Shown piece after piece: positions 48,762 to 57,755 of a DNA stretch of 64,000 nt. A model generated the notes under the pieces. The model was not told the DNA's origin, ran no database searches, and worked only from the letters and a program-made list of their open reading frames with translations. This DNA comes from Flavobacteriales bacterium (GTDB taxonomy: Bacteria; Bacteroidota; Bacteroidia; Flavobacteriales_F; PHOS-HE28), in the NCBI GenBank assembly GCA_017987115.1, contig JAGNUG010000006.1:459-64458 (forward strand), written 5' to 3'. The translations under genes and the position numbers were made by a program. The stretch's first letter is position 1; each line of letters begins with the position of its first letter.

Positions 48762-49745
48762 CTATTTTACCAAATACATCACCTCTTTTACGGCACGTAC
48801 GGTGCGTTCCACGCTTGGCAAGCTGGCGTCGATCAAAGTCGGTGTAAAAGGCAGAGGAGTATCTGCTTGGTTGATCCTCAGGACCGGTGCATCCAAATGG
48901 TCGAACGCATCCTTTTGTACGCGATACGCGATCTCACTTGCAACACTACCGAACGGCCAGTTCTCATCGACCACGACCAACCGGTTCGTCTTTCTTACGC
49001 TTTTCAGCACTGTTTCCTTATCCCAAGGACGGATGGTGCGGAGATCGATGACCTCGGCGTCAATTCCTTCTTTAGCTAGTTCATCGGCAGCACCAAGGGC
49101 CACTTTCATCATCTTGCCGAAACTTACGATCGTTACATCTTTGCCTTCTTTAGCCACATTTGCAACGCCGATAGGCAATAGATATTCGCCATCAGGGATC
49201 TCTCCTTTTTCGCCATACATCCTTTCGCTTTCCATAAAAAGCACGGGGTCGTTATCGCGGATAGCCGACTTCAACAGTCCCTTGGCATCGTATGGGTTAC
49301 TCACTGTGACCACCTTGAGACCAGGGATATTGGCATAGAACGATTCATAACTCTGACTATGCGTCGCTGCTAATTGTCCAGCGCTGCCGTTGCCTCCCCT
49401 GAATACAATGGGAATGTTGAATTGCCCGCCGCTCATCTGCAACATCTTCGCTGCATGGTTAATGATCTGATCACTTGCCAATACGGCAAAGTTCCATGTC
49501 ATGAACTCCACAATAGGGCGTAGACCGTTCATTGCCGCACCAACGCCGATAGCCGTAAACCCAAGTTCAGAAATGGGCGTATCGATCACTCGCTTTTCCC
49601 CGAACTCAGCCAACATACCCTTGCTCACTTTATAAGCGCCATCATACTCCGCAACCTCTTCTCCCATGAGGAAGACATTCTCGTCGCGACGCATTTCTTC
49701 GCTCATTGCTTCATTCAATGCTTCACGGAATTGGACTGTACGCAT
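48762..49745 (-). CDS. pdhB: Pyruvate/2-oxoacid dehydrogenase E1 component beta subunit
   Basis: 327 aa with transketolase-like pyrimidine-binding and C-terminal domains (RVIDTPISELGF, FRGGNGSAG, DLRTIRPWD). Confidence 0.88.
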   Translation of the reverse strand: MRTVQFREALNEAMSEEMRRDENVFLMGEEVAEYDGAYKVSKGMLAEFGEKRVIDTPISELGFTAIGVGAAMNGLRPIVEFMTWNFAVLASDQIINHAAKMLQMSGGQFNIPIVFRGGNGSAGQLAATHSQSYESFYANIPGLKVVTVSNPYDAKGLLKSAIRDNDPVLFMESERMYGEKGEIPDGEYLLPIGVANVAKEGKDVTIVSFGKMMKVALGAADELAKEGIDAEVIDLRTIRPWDKETVLKSVRKTNRLVVVDENWPFGSVASEIAYRVQKDAFDHLDAPVLRINQADTPLPFTPTLIDASLPSVERTVRAVKEVMYLVK

Positions 49746-49767
49746 GGTTCTGGTTCGGATGAAAGCA

Positions 49768-49775
49768 CAAAGGTA
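49768..49775 (-). promoter_or_regulatory. Putative -7 box (TACCTTTG) for pdhB
   Basis: TAnnTTTG match 22 nt upstream of the ATG at 49745. Confidence 0.4.
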
Positions 49776-49962
49776 TATCTAGATCATGGTTGTCATTTTT
49801 GAACACAATAGTTCGATCAACGGAAGCTTCAAACCAGAGGCATGGACAACCGAATATTACTTCCTCCTTCGAGTTCCGGACGTTTATTAGCGCATCTTAT
49901 CCACTCGTCTTACCTTCGCGGCCCGCTCCGCAGATTTATGCGGATATCTCGACAGAAAAAGC

Positions 49963-50703
49963 ATGAAGATCCTTGTCCTTATCAGCCACGTGCCGGATAC
50001 CACAGCACGCATTGGCTTTACAAATGACAATACCCTGTATGATAGCAATGGCGTTACGTTCATTGTAAACCCATACGATGAGTGGTATGCCCTAGTGCGC
50101 GGTCTAGAATTGAAAGAAGCTTTAGGAGGAACGGTTACGACCATTACGGTAGGTGGAGCAGAGACCGATCCAACTATCCGCAAAGCGTTGGCTATTGGTG
50201 CGGACGATGCTATACGTATTGATGCGGAGCCCACCGAGAGCTATGCTGTTGCCGCGCAAGTTGCAGCTTACGCAAAAGACAGATCCTACGACCTGATCCT
50301 CGCTGGTAAGGAGACCATCGATCACAATGGATCACAAGTTGGTCCAATGCTGGCCGAACTATTGGACCTGCCATTCATCTCCCTTGCCAGCAAGTTGGAT
50401 ATTGCTGGAACCACTGCTACTGCGGAACGTGATGTGAAGGGCGATGTTGAGGTCGTTGAGGCTTCTTTGCCTTTGGTAGTTAGCTGTGCGAAAGGAATGG
50501 CAGAACAACGCATCCCGAATATGCGTGGGATCATGGCTGCTCGGACAAAACCGCTGACCGTTGTTCCAGCCATCTCAGTAGATGTGTTGACCACGGCCGT
50601 TAAGTTCGAATTGCCTCCTCCCAAGCAAGCTGTTAAGATGATCCCAGCCGATAATGCTGGTCAATTGATCGAACTTTTACACTCCGAAGCCAAGGTGATC
50701 TGA
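49963..50703 (+). CDS. etfB: Electron transfer flavoprotein beta subunit
   Basis: 246 aa, MKILVLISHVPDTTARI.., ETF-beta layout, followed by etfA. Confidence 0.92.
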   Translation: MKILVLISHVPDTTARIGFTNDNTLYDSNGVTFIVNPYDEWYALVRGLELKEALGGTVTTITVGGAETDPTIRKALAIGADDAIRIDAEPTESYAVAAQVAAYAKDRSYDLILAGKETIDHNGSQVGPMLAELLDLPFISLASKLDIAGTTATAERDVKGDVEVVEASLPLVVSCAKGMAEQRIPNMRGIMAARTKPLTVVPAISVDVLTTAVKFELPPPKQAVKMIPADNAGQLIELLHSEAKVI

Positions 50704-50743
50704 TCAACCCTGAACGAAGTACATCGACCGAATAAGAAAGAAC

Positions 50744-51697
50744 ATGAGCACGATCGCATTCATTGATACCCGTGGAGAAAAGATCTCCAAGACCGCATTG
50801 GAGACGTTGACCTTCGCGAATACCGTGGCGCAAAAATCCGGTGGCAGTGTTACCGCTATTACGTTCGGAAACACACCGGCAGATCGGTTGGCAACATTGC
50901 CTGCAGCAAAGGTCATTGTAGCGCGAAACGCGAATGACGCCGACAGTCAACAGCTGACCAAATTGGTTGCAGAGATCGCACAAAAAGAAAGTGCTCAAGT
51001 GATCGTATTCGCGCATGATGCAACCGGAAAAGCAGTTGGACCGCGCGTTGGTGCCCGCTTGAAAGCGGGGCACGTTGCAGGCGTGATCTCATTGCCTGAA
51101 ATGGATGATGGATTCAAAGTGAGGCGCAATGTCTTTAGTGGCAAGGCCCAGGCTTGGGTCGAGATCAAGAGTGCCACGAAGGTGATCAGCCTTATGCCGA
51201 ACAGTATTCCCGTGGATAATGCGACCGGCGCAGCTTTAGTGGAAGAATATAAAGGTGACCTGGGAGCATCGAAGATAACCGTGAAAGAAACACGTAAAGC
51301 CGGTGAAGGTGTTCCTTTACCTGAGGCGGAATTAGTTGTTAGCGCAGGCCGTGGGATGAAAGGCCCGGAGAACTGGGGCATGATCGAAGAACTCGCCAAA
51401 GAGCTTAAAGCAACCACTGCGTGTAGTCGTCCGGTAGCGGACATGCATTGGCGTCCGCATCATGAACATGTTGGTCAAACCGGTGTTGCTATTCGTCCGA
51501 ATCTGTATATCGCCATTGGGATCAGCGGTGCCATTCAACACCTGGCAGGAGTTAATGGCAGCAAGGTGATCTGTGTGATCAACTCAGACCCGGAAGCACC
51601 ATTCTTCAAAGCAGCCGACTATGGTATCGTGGGAGACGCATTTACGGTGGTTCCGCAATTGATCGAAGCAGCCAAAAAATTCAACGCAGAAAAATAG
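50744..51697 (+). CDS. etfA: Electron transfer flavoprotein alpha subunit
   Basis: 317 aa with C-terminal FAD-binding signature PNLYIAIGISGAIQHLAG. Confidence 0.92.
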   Translation: MSTIAFIDTRGEKISKTALETLTFANTVAQKSGGSVTAITFGNTPADRLATLPAAKVIVARNANDADSQQLTKLVAEIAQKESAQVIVFAHDATGKAVGPRVGARLKAGHVAGVISLPEMDDGFKVRRNVFSGKAQAWVEIKSATKVISLMPNSIPVDNATGAALVEEYKGDLGASKITVKETRKAGEGVPLPEAELVVSAGRGMKGPENWGMIEELAKELKATTACSRPVADMHWRPHHEHVGQTGVAIRPNLYIAIGISGAIQHLAGVNGSKVICVINSDPEAPFFKAADYGIVGDAFTVVPQLIEAAKKFNAEK

Positions 51698-51811
51698 TGG
51701 TCGGTTCCTTTCATGGTCACCAACCCCGTCCTTCCTCACATCAGTCACCCCGGAACTCGCAAAGCGAACATCCGAGGCTGATCCACTATCTTCACGGCCC
51801 GGCACTAGAGT

Positions 51812-52408
51812 ATGGAAAAAGTTGAGCTGCGTTTCCTTCGTATCACGTACAGCCATACTCATGCTGGTGCCTATGCGCTCATATTGTCAGAATCGCATGG
51901 CGACCGCAGGCTCCCGATCATTATCGGAGGCGTTGAGGCGCAAGCCATAGCGATCCAAGTAGAGAACATTAAACCAGCAAGGCCGCTAACCCATGATCTG
52001 TTCAAGAATTTGAGCGATAAGATGGGGATCACACTGAAGGAAGTGATCATCAACGATCTTGTTGAGGGGATCTTTCACGCGAAGTTGATCTTGGATCAAG
52101 GCGGGAACGAAGTGGAGATCGATGCACGAAGTAGTGATGCGATCGCACTAGCGCTCCGTTTCGATTGTCCTATTTCCACGTTCGAATTCATCCTAAGCGC
52201 TGCTGGCCTCAAGGTGGATGATGATGAGGAGAACGCCAGCTCCGAGAGCATGATGGAAGGCTCAAAGGAAAAAGGTGGTAGAGATCCTGGTGCCGCCGAT
52301 ACTCTAGAAGAATTGCGTGAATTGCTCGAAGAGGCTCTTGACAACGAGGACTACGAGCGTGCTTCCAAACTCCGCGACGAGATAAAGAAGCGTGAAGGAT
52401 CTAATTAA
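51812..52408 (+). CDS. Bifunctional nuclease (DUF151/BFN) family protein with C-terminal UVR motif
   Basis: RRLPIIIGGVEAQAIA...ARPLTHDL core, an acidic linker, then EDYERASKLRDEIKKRE (UvrB/UvrC-type). Confidence 0.78.
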   Translation: MEKVELRFLRITYSHTHAGAYALILSESHGDRRLPIIIGGVEAQAIAIQVENIKPARPLTHDLFKNLSDKMGITLKEVIINDLVEGIFHAKLILDQGGNEVEIDARSSDAIALALRFDCPISTFEFILSAAGLKVDDDEENASSESMMEGSKEKGGRDPGAADTLEELRELLEEALDNEDYERASKLRDEIKKREGSN

Positions 52409-52528
52409 GATCAATAGCGCACGATGTAACGGAAGCGCGGTCCTTTTTCTCCTATTTATTCTTACCTACCGCAAGCTTCCTATAATTACAACTGATCAAA
52501 CCCTACATTAGCGACCTAACCAGTCCTT

Positions 52529-54193
52529 ATGTCGAAATCTGAATCGTGGGGTTCGCGGGTGGGCCTGATCCTCGCCATGGCCGGAAACGCCGTGGGCTTA
52601 GGAAACTTCCTCCGCTTCCCAGTGCAAGCTGTCAATAACGGCGGTGGGGCGTTCATCATTCCCTACCTCGTCTGCTTTTTGCTGATGGGTATTCCGCTCC
52701 TATGGATCGAATGGTCCATGGGCAGGTTCGGTGGGCGCAGTGGCAACCACAGCACCCCGTACATTCTGGACACAATGCACCGCAGTAACTTCTGGAAGTA
52801 CTTCGGTGTGTTCGGCATCTTCACCAATATCGGCGTAGCTGCTTATTACTGTTACATCGAAAGCTGGACCATGAGCTATGTGTACCATAGCCTTATCGGC
52901 ACGTTCCAAGGCATGTCGCAGACGGGCGTGGCCGATTTCTTTACGACTTATGTGGATATAGGAAAAAGTACCACGGGCATTCCTTATGAGGCTGTCGTAT
53001 TTTACATTCTGTGCTTGGTATTGAACACCTTCATTCTATCCAGAGGCTTGCAGGGCGTTGAGAAAGCTGCGAAGATCGGAATGCCTTTGTTGATCGGATT
53101 CGGCGTTTTCCTGGCGTATCGCGGTCTTACATTGGGCACGAGTGGTGCAAGTGCAGAGGTGCCCGGTGCTAGCGCATGGGATGGTCTCAACTTTTTATGG
53201 ACGCCTCAATTCGATTCACTCTCCAACCCGAAAGTTTGGCTCGCTGCGGCCGGCCAGATCTTCTTCACACTGAGCGTGGGTATGGGTACCATTCACTGTT
53301 ATGCAGCATACGTTCGAAGTAAAGACGATATCGCGTTGAACGCGGTCAGTGCCGGATTCATGAACGAATTCGTGGAGGTCGTGCTCGGTAGTTCCATCGT
53401 GATCCCGATCGCTGCTGGTTATCTCGGACTTGATTGGGTAAAAGAAAATGCAGGCTTCGGTATGGCGTTCCAGACCATGCCGTTCCTGTTCGATAAGTGG
53501 GGACCGATCCTTGGTGTGGTCGCCGGTGTAATGTGGTTCGGACTCTTGTTCTTCGCGGGCATCACTAGTAGCTTGGCCATGGGTACACCATGGATGGGAT
53601 TCATGCGCGATGAATTCGGTTGGGGACGGTTAAAGGGCGCCTGGTCCTTCGGTGCGATCGTTCTAATGCTCGGTTTGCCAACGGTGATCTTCTTCAACCA
53701 TGGGGTCTTTGATGAGTATGATTATTGGGCCGGCACGGTAAGTCTGGTAGTATTCGCCATGGCGGAAGTGATCCTATTTTCATGGATATTCGGTATGGAC
53801 AGAGGGTGGAAGGAATTGAATGAAGGTGCTGATATCCGAGTTCCACGCATCTATCGGTTCATCATCAAATACATCACACCCGTAATGCTCATCATCGTTT
53901 TCCTTGGTGCTCTCCTAACACCAGTGGGAAATGAATGGTCAGCGGCCTTCAGTTCACTGTTCAATGGCGAAGGTTGGAGTTTGGATAACAGTTCCATAGT
54001 GCGGCAAATAGCGAATACCGGGCTTCGAGAACAGATCGCGGCCGCACAAGGCACTCCTGAACTAGCAGGGTTGAAGGACCGGTTGTTCTTTACAAACTTG
54101 GCTCGCGGAATTCTATTGACCGCTTTCTTGGGCCTGGGTTTCTTAGTGTACCTTTCCGGTGTTCGCCGCCTTAAAAACCAACGACCAGTATGA
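52529..54193 (+). CDS. Sodium-dependent transporter, neurotransmitter:sodium symporter (NSS/SNF) family
   Basis: WGSRVGLILAMAGNAVGLGNFLRFP N-terminal signature; about 12 TM. Confidence 0.93.
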   Translation: MSKSESWGSRVGLILAMAGNAVGLGNFLRFPVQAVNNGGGAFIIPYLVCFLLMGIPLLWIEWSMGRFGGRSGNHSTPYILDTMHRSNFWKYFGVFGIFTNIGVAAYYCYIESWTMSYVYHSLIGTFQGMSQTGVADFFTTYVDIGKSTTGIPYEAVVFYILCLVLNTFILSRGLQGVEKAAKIGMPLLIGFGVFLAYRGLTLGTSGASAEVPGASAWDGLNFLWTPQFDSLSNPKVWLAAAGQIFFTLSVGMGTIHCYAAYVRSKDDIALNAVSAGFMNEFVEVVLGSSIVIPIAAGYLGLDWVKENAGFGMAFQTMPFLFDKWGPILGVVAGVMWFGLLFFAGITSSLAMGTPWMGFMRDEFGWGRLKGAWSFGAIVLMLGLPTVIFFNHGVFDEYDYWAGTVSLVVFAMAEVILFSWIFGMDRGWKELNEGADIRVPRIYRFIIKYITPVMLIIVFLGALLTPVGNEWSAAFSSLFNGEGWSLDNSSIVRQIANTGLREQIAAAQGTPELAGLKDRLFFTNLARGILLTAFLGLGFLVYLSGVRRLKNQRPV

Positions 54194-54327
54194 ACACCAT
54201 AGCATTGACCTTAATGGTTAGCGTGCAGCTATTAGTCGTAGGCTTGGCCGTGTATTTCTTTTTCAAGGTACTTACAGTAAAGCCGAAGCCTGAGCCGGAT
54301 AGCTTTACGGATAATGACCCCGCGTAA
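54190..54327 (+). CDS. 45-aa single-TM protein, candidate small subunit of the NSS transporter (MetS-like)
   Basis: Below the ORF-track size cut-off. The ATG overlaps the transporter stop (ATGA at 54190-54193). It translates MNTIALTLMVSVQLLVVGLAVYFFFKVLTVKPKPEPDSFTDNDPA: one hydrophobic helix plus a polar tail. Confidence 0.55.
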   Translation: MNTIALTLMVSVQLLVVGLAVYFFFKVLTVKPKPEPDSFTDNDPA

Positions 54328-54359
54328 CGGGACGGACCAACTCCGTAATTAACGGCGGA

Positions 54360-55445
54360 ATGACAGGAGCGGATCTCGAAGCCAAACGCTTCCAGGATGC
54401 ATTCAGCACACGCAAGGTGCTGTTACCTGTGATCATTGGCTTGAGCATTACCGCAATACTCATCTGGCGAAGTTGGGATGTGGAGGCCATGAGACGCGTG
54501 GAGTGGACCTGGTCCACCACCTTCTGGATCGTTATGGCTTCACTTAGTTTGGTGGTGCGCGATTGGGCATATATGGTCCGAATTCGTCACCTGGCGGATA
54601 AAGAACTGAACTGGTACCGCACGTTCGTGGTGATCATGTTATGGGAGTTCGCTTCCGCCCTCGCGCCGGGTATGGTAGGTGGCGGATTTCTATTTGCTAT
54701 CCTGATCCTTACGCGAGAAGGGATCGCCGGTGGTAAGAGCATCACCATAATCACGTTCACTTCCTTCCTCGATGGGATATTTCTTGCTGTAATGGCGCCG
54801 TTGGTCTATTTCACCATTGGGCGCGAGGCATTGTTCAGTGGTCTTGACCCTGCGGCAGCAGCCTTGGAAACCGGATTCTATGCCTCCTTCTGGACGGTCT
54901 ATTTCATCATACTGGGCTATAAGATCTTTGTTGGATACGCACTTTTCGTGAATCCGATCTTCGTGAAACGCGCGCTGATAGGGATCTTTTCCGCACCATT
55001 GCTCCGGCGCTGGCGGCGGAACATGGTAACGACCGGTGATCAATTGATCGTCGCTGCAAGGGGGTTGCAAAAAAGAGGATGGGATTATTGGTGGCCAGCA
55101 CTGTTAACGACTTTCATTTCATGGACAGCTCGTTTTTCCATCGTCAATTGTATCCTGCACGCATTCCATCCCGATAGCGCATTGAATGATGCCGTTATTT
55201 ATGGCAAACAAGTCGTAATGGGCATCATCGTCCTGCTCAGTCCTACACCCGGAGGAAGTGGCTTGGCTGAGTTCATTTTCAACGATTTCCTCGGTATGTT
55301 CATTGCCACAGGACTTGCACCAGCGCTTGCACTTCTGTGGAGATTGATGAGCTATTACCCGTACATCGTTATTGGTGTCATACTATTGCCTCGTTGGATC
55401 CGTCATAAGGTCCTTAAGCCCTTGAAGAAAAACGTTACAGCCTGA
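54360..55445 (+). CDS. Lysylphosphatidylglycerol-synthase-TM-like (flippase-like, UPF0104) membrane protein
   Basis: 361 aa and polytopic. The late conserved block SPTPGGSGLAEF is typical of the LPG_synthase_TM family. Confidence 0.68.
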   Translation: MTGADLEAKRFQDAFSTRKVLLPVIIGLSITAILIWRSWDVEAMRRVEWTWSTTFWIVMASLSLVVRDWAYMVRIRHLADKELNWYRTFVVIMLWEFASALAPGMVGGGFLFAILILTREGIAGGKSITIITFTSFLDGIFLAVMAPLVYFTIGREALFSGLDPAAAALETGFYASFWTVYFIILGYKIFVGYALFVNPIFVKRALIGIFSAPLLRRWRRNMVTTGDQLIVAARGLQKRGWDYWWPALLTTFISWTARFSIVNCILHAFHPDSALNDAVIYGKQVVMGIIVLLSPTPGGSGLAEFIFNDFLGMFIATGLAPALALLWRLMSYYPYIVIGVILLPRWIRHKVLKPLKKNVTA

Positions 55446-55481
55446 TCTCGCTTACTTTCAGCCGCAATTGGACCCTTTACC

Positions 55482-56897
55482 ATGCACGAAACCCGATCGA
55501 AGTACCCTTCATTGTCTCGCTCTATGGTAGTGCGCATTGCGCTATTGCTTCTCGTCCTATTACCGCTTCCAGTGTTCGCACAAGCTGAACCCTTACCGAT
55601 GACCGGGGTTTCGATTTCAGGTATTCTTAGAGGAATATTGGGCATGGCAACGATCGTCGCCATCTCTTGGTTGTTCAGCGCGAAACGTAAGAATGTGGAT
55701 TGGAAAGTGGTCGGTATCGGACTTGTATTCCAATTGATCCTGGCGGTCTGTGTGCTGTACGTTCCCGCAGTACAATGGGTATTCGAAGTGGTAGGAAAAA
55801 TGTTCGTCAAGATCCTCGATTTCACCAAGATCGGCAGTGAATTCCTGTTCCGGGATATGATGGATATCAGCAGCTTCGGATTCATTTTCGCATTGCAGAT
55901 ACTGCCCACCATCATCTTCTTCAGCGCTCTTACCAGCGTGCTGTTCTACCTCGGTATCATCCAAAAAGTAGTTTATGCTCTGGCATGGGCACTGAACAAG
56001 ACCATGAAGTTGAGCGGTGCAGAAAGCCTGAGCACTGCCGGAAACATTTTCCTCGGTCAGACCGAAGCACCGCTAATGATAAAAGCATACTTGGACAAGA
56101 TGAACAAGAGCGAGATCTTCCTGATCATGGTAGCAGGAATGGCAACTGTAGCTGGTGGTGTTCTAGCGGCATACGTCGGATTCCTGGGTGGCGATGACCC
56201 CGTGCAAAAACTCTTTTTCGCTAAGCACCTGCTTACGGCTAGTGTCATGGCTGCTCCTGGTGCTGTTGTTGTTGCCAAAATTTTATTCCCACAGACCGAA
56301 GTGATCAACGAACGCATGGAGGTTAGCATGGAAAAGGTAGGTTCCAATTTCCTCGATGCCATGGCGAATGGAACCAGCGAAGGGCTGAAACTCGCTGTGA
56401 ACGTGGGTGCCATGCTATTGGTCTTCTTCGCATTCATTGCCATGTTCAACTATGCCTTCTTCAAACTAGGGGATGTAACAGGTCTGAATTCGTGGGTCGT
56501 GAACATCTCCGGCGGTAACTTCAAAGCATTGTCCTTGGAGTTCATTCTCGGTTATCTTTTTGCGCCACTGATGTGGTTGATCGGTGTAGCCAGCGAAGAC
56601 ATAACACTGACCGGACGATTGGTTGGTGAGAAGATCATTGCCAGTGAATTCGTTGGCTATGAAAGCTTGGCTGGACTAAAAGCCGCGAACGCATTCACAT
56701 ACCAACGGAGCATTGTCATGGCAACTTACATGCTTTGCGGTTTCGCGAATTTCGCCAGCATCGGGATCCAGATCGGTGGTATAGGCTCACTCGCACCTTC
56801 CAAACGCGAATGGTTGAGCGAGTTCGGTTTCAGGGCGTTGCTCGGTGGTACGCTTGCTTCGTTGCTCAGTGCTACGATCGTTGGAATGATGATATGA
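55482..56897 (+). CDS. nupC: NupC/CNT-family Na+/H+ nucleoside transporter
   Basis: 471 aa with CNT-like motifs (GSEFLF, GQTEAPL, GFANFASIGIQIGG). Confidence 0.88.
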   Translation: MHETRSKYPSLSRSMVVRIALLLLVLLPLPVFAQAEPLPMTGVSISGILRGILGMATIVAISWLFSAKRKNVDWKVVGIGLVFQLILAVCVLYVPAVQWVFEVVGKMFVKILDFTKIGSEFLFRDMMDISSFGFIFALQILPTIIFFSALTSVLFYLGIIQKVVYALAWALNKTMKLSGAESLSTAGNIFLGQTEAPLMIKAYLDKMNKSEIFLIMVAGMATVAGGVLAAYVGFLGGDDPVQKLFFAKHLLTASVMAAPGAVVVAKILFPQTEVINERMEVSMEKVGSNFLDAMANGTSEGLKLAVNVGAMLLVFFAFIAMFNYAFFKLGDVTGLNSWVVNISGGNFKALSLEFILGYLFAPLMWLIGVASEDITLTGRLVGEKIIASEFVGYESLAGLKAANAFTYQRSIVMATYMLCGFANFASIGIQIGGIGSLAPSKREWLSEFGFRALLGGTLASLLSATIVGMMI

Positions 56898-56909
56898 GGG
56901 GATGTGTTG

Positions 56910-56927
56910 ATCAGCTGATCAGCTGAT
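56910..56927. repeat. Perfect 18-nt palindrome ATCAGCTGATCAGCTGAT (possible nupC terminator hairpin)
   Basis: The sequence is its own reverse complement. It lies 13 nt after the nupC stop and is followed by TTTG. Confidence 0.6.
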
Positions 56928-57099
56928 TTGTGGGTATGGTCGAAGAGGGAACGCTCTCCGGGTCGTTGCCCGGAGTGACGGATGCGGATGGTTATGATAT
57001 ACTGGGCAAAGGTCTGATCATTGGGAGGCTTTCAGCCTTAGACTTATACAGCCAGCATAGCTCATTGCACTATTAGTTGCTCGGTAGCGTTCAAGGATC

Positions 57100-57684
57100 A
57101 TGTCAAAACGTTTAGTGGTGACCATCTGCTTGCTGCTTTGCTTGGCTTCTGCCTTTGTGTTCCGCAACAAATTGGAAGTGCCAGGCACGTTGATGACCCA
57201 TAATAACGGAGATCGGCTGGATAGTTTGAATGGCGTGGTGGTCTTCCACAATGCAGGCATGGGCAATGTGAGCGGAAGAAATGTGGTGGACGGATACAAC
57301 GTTGGCTTGAAATACCAGTGTGTGGAATTCGTGAAGCGCTACTATTTGGAGCATTATTCACATCGAATGTCCAATAGTTATGGTCATGCGAAGGACTTCT
57401 TTTCATCAGCGATCACAGACGGAGAGATCAATCCGGATAGAGGATTATTGCAGTACACGAATGGAAGCAAGTCCTTACCTATGGTCGGTGATCTGGTTGT
57501 CCTTGACGGATGGAAGGGAAATCCATACGGACATGTAGCAATAATAAGTGCCGTGGATGATGGTGAGGTAGAATTGGTCCAGCAGAATACGGGTAGCACA
57601 CGCGTGGAATACGACCTCGACCTTATCGATGGGCGTTGGAGGATCGATAACATAAGGATCCTGGGATGGTTGCGTATGCCGTGA
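57100..57684 (+). CDS. CHAP-domain amidase-like protein
   Basis: It has an N-terminal hydrophobic anchor. YQCVEFVKRYY (Cys) and GHVAIISAV (His) fit CHAP / glutathionylspermidine-amidase-like catalytic spacing. Confidence 0.72.
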   Translation: MSKRLVVTICLLLCLASAFVFRNKLEVPGTLMTHNNGDRLDSLNGVVVFHNAGMGNVSGRNVVDGYNVGLKYQCVEFVKRYYLEHYSHRMSNSYGHAKDFFSSAITDGEINPDRGLLQYTNGSKSLPMVGDLVVLDGWKGNPYGHVAIISAVDDGEVELVQQNTGSTRVEYDLDLIDGRWRIDNIRILGWLRMP

Positions 57685-57755
57685 ACAGTGTTGATCACTT
57701 TCGGTGTTCTGCGGTGTTCGTGATCTGAACCATTCTACTTTTGGCCCGCTTCGCA

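Noticed and set aside
48643-49338. 231-aa plus-strand ORF
   Set aside because: It is antisense to pdhB and is Ser/Thr/Arg-rich low complexity. It also begins inside the hppA promoter region.
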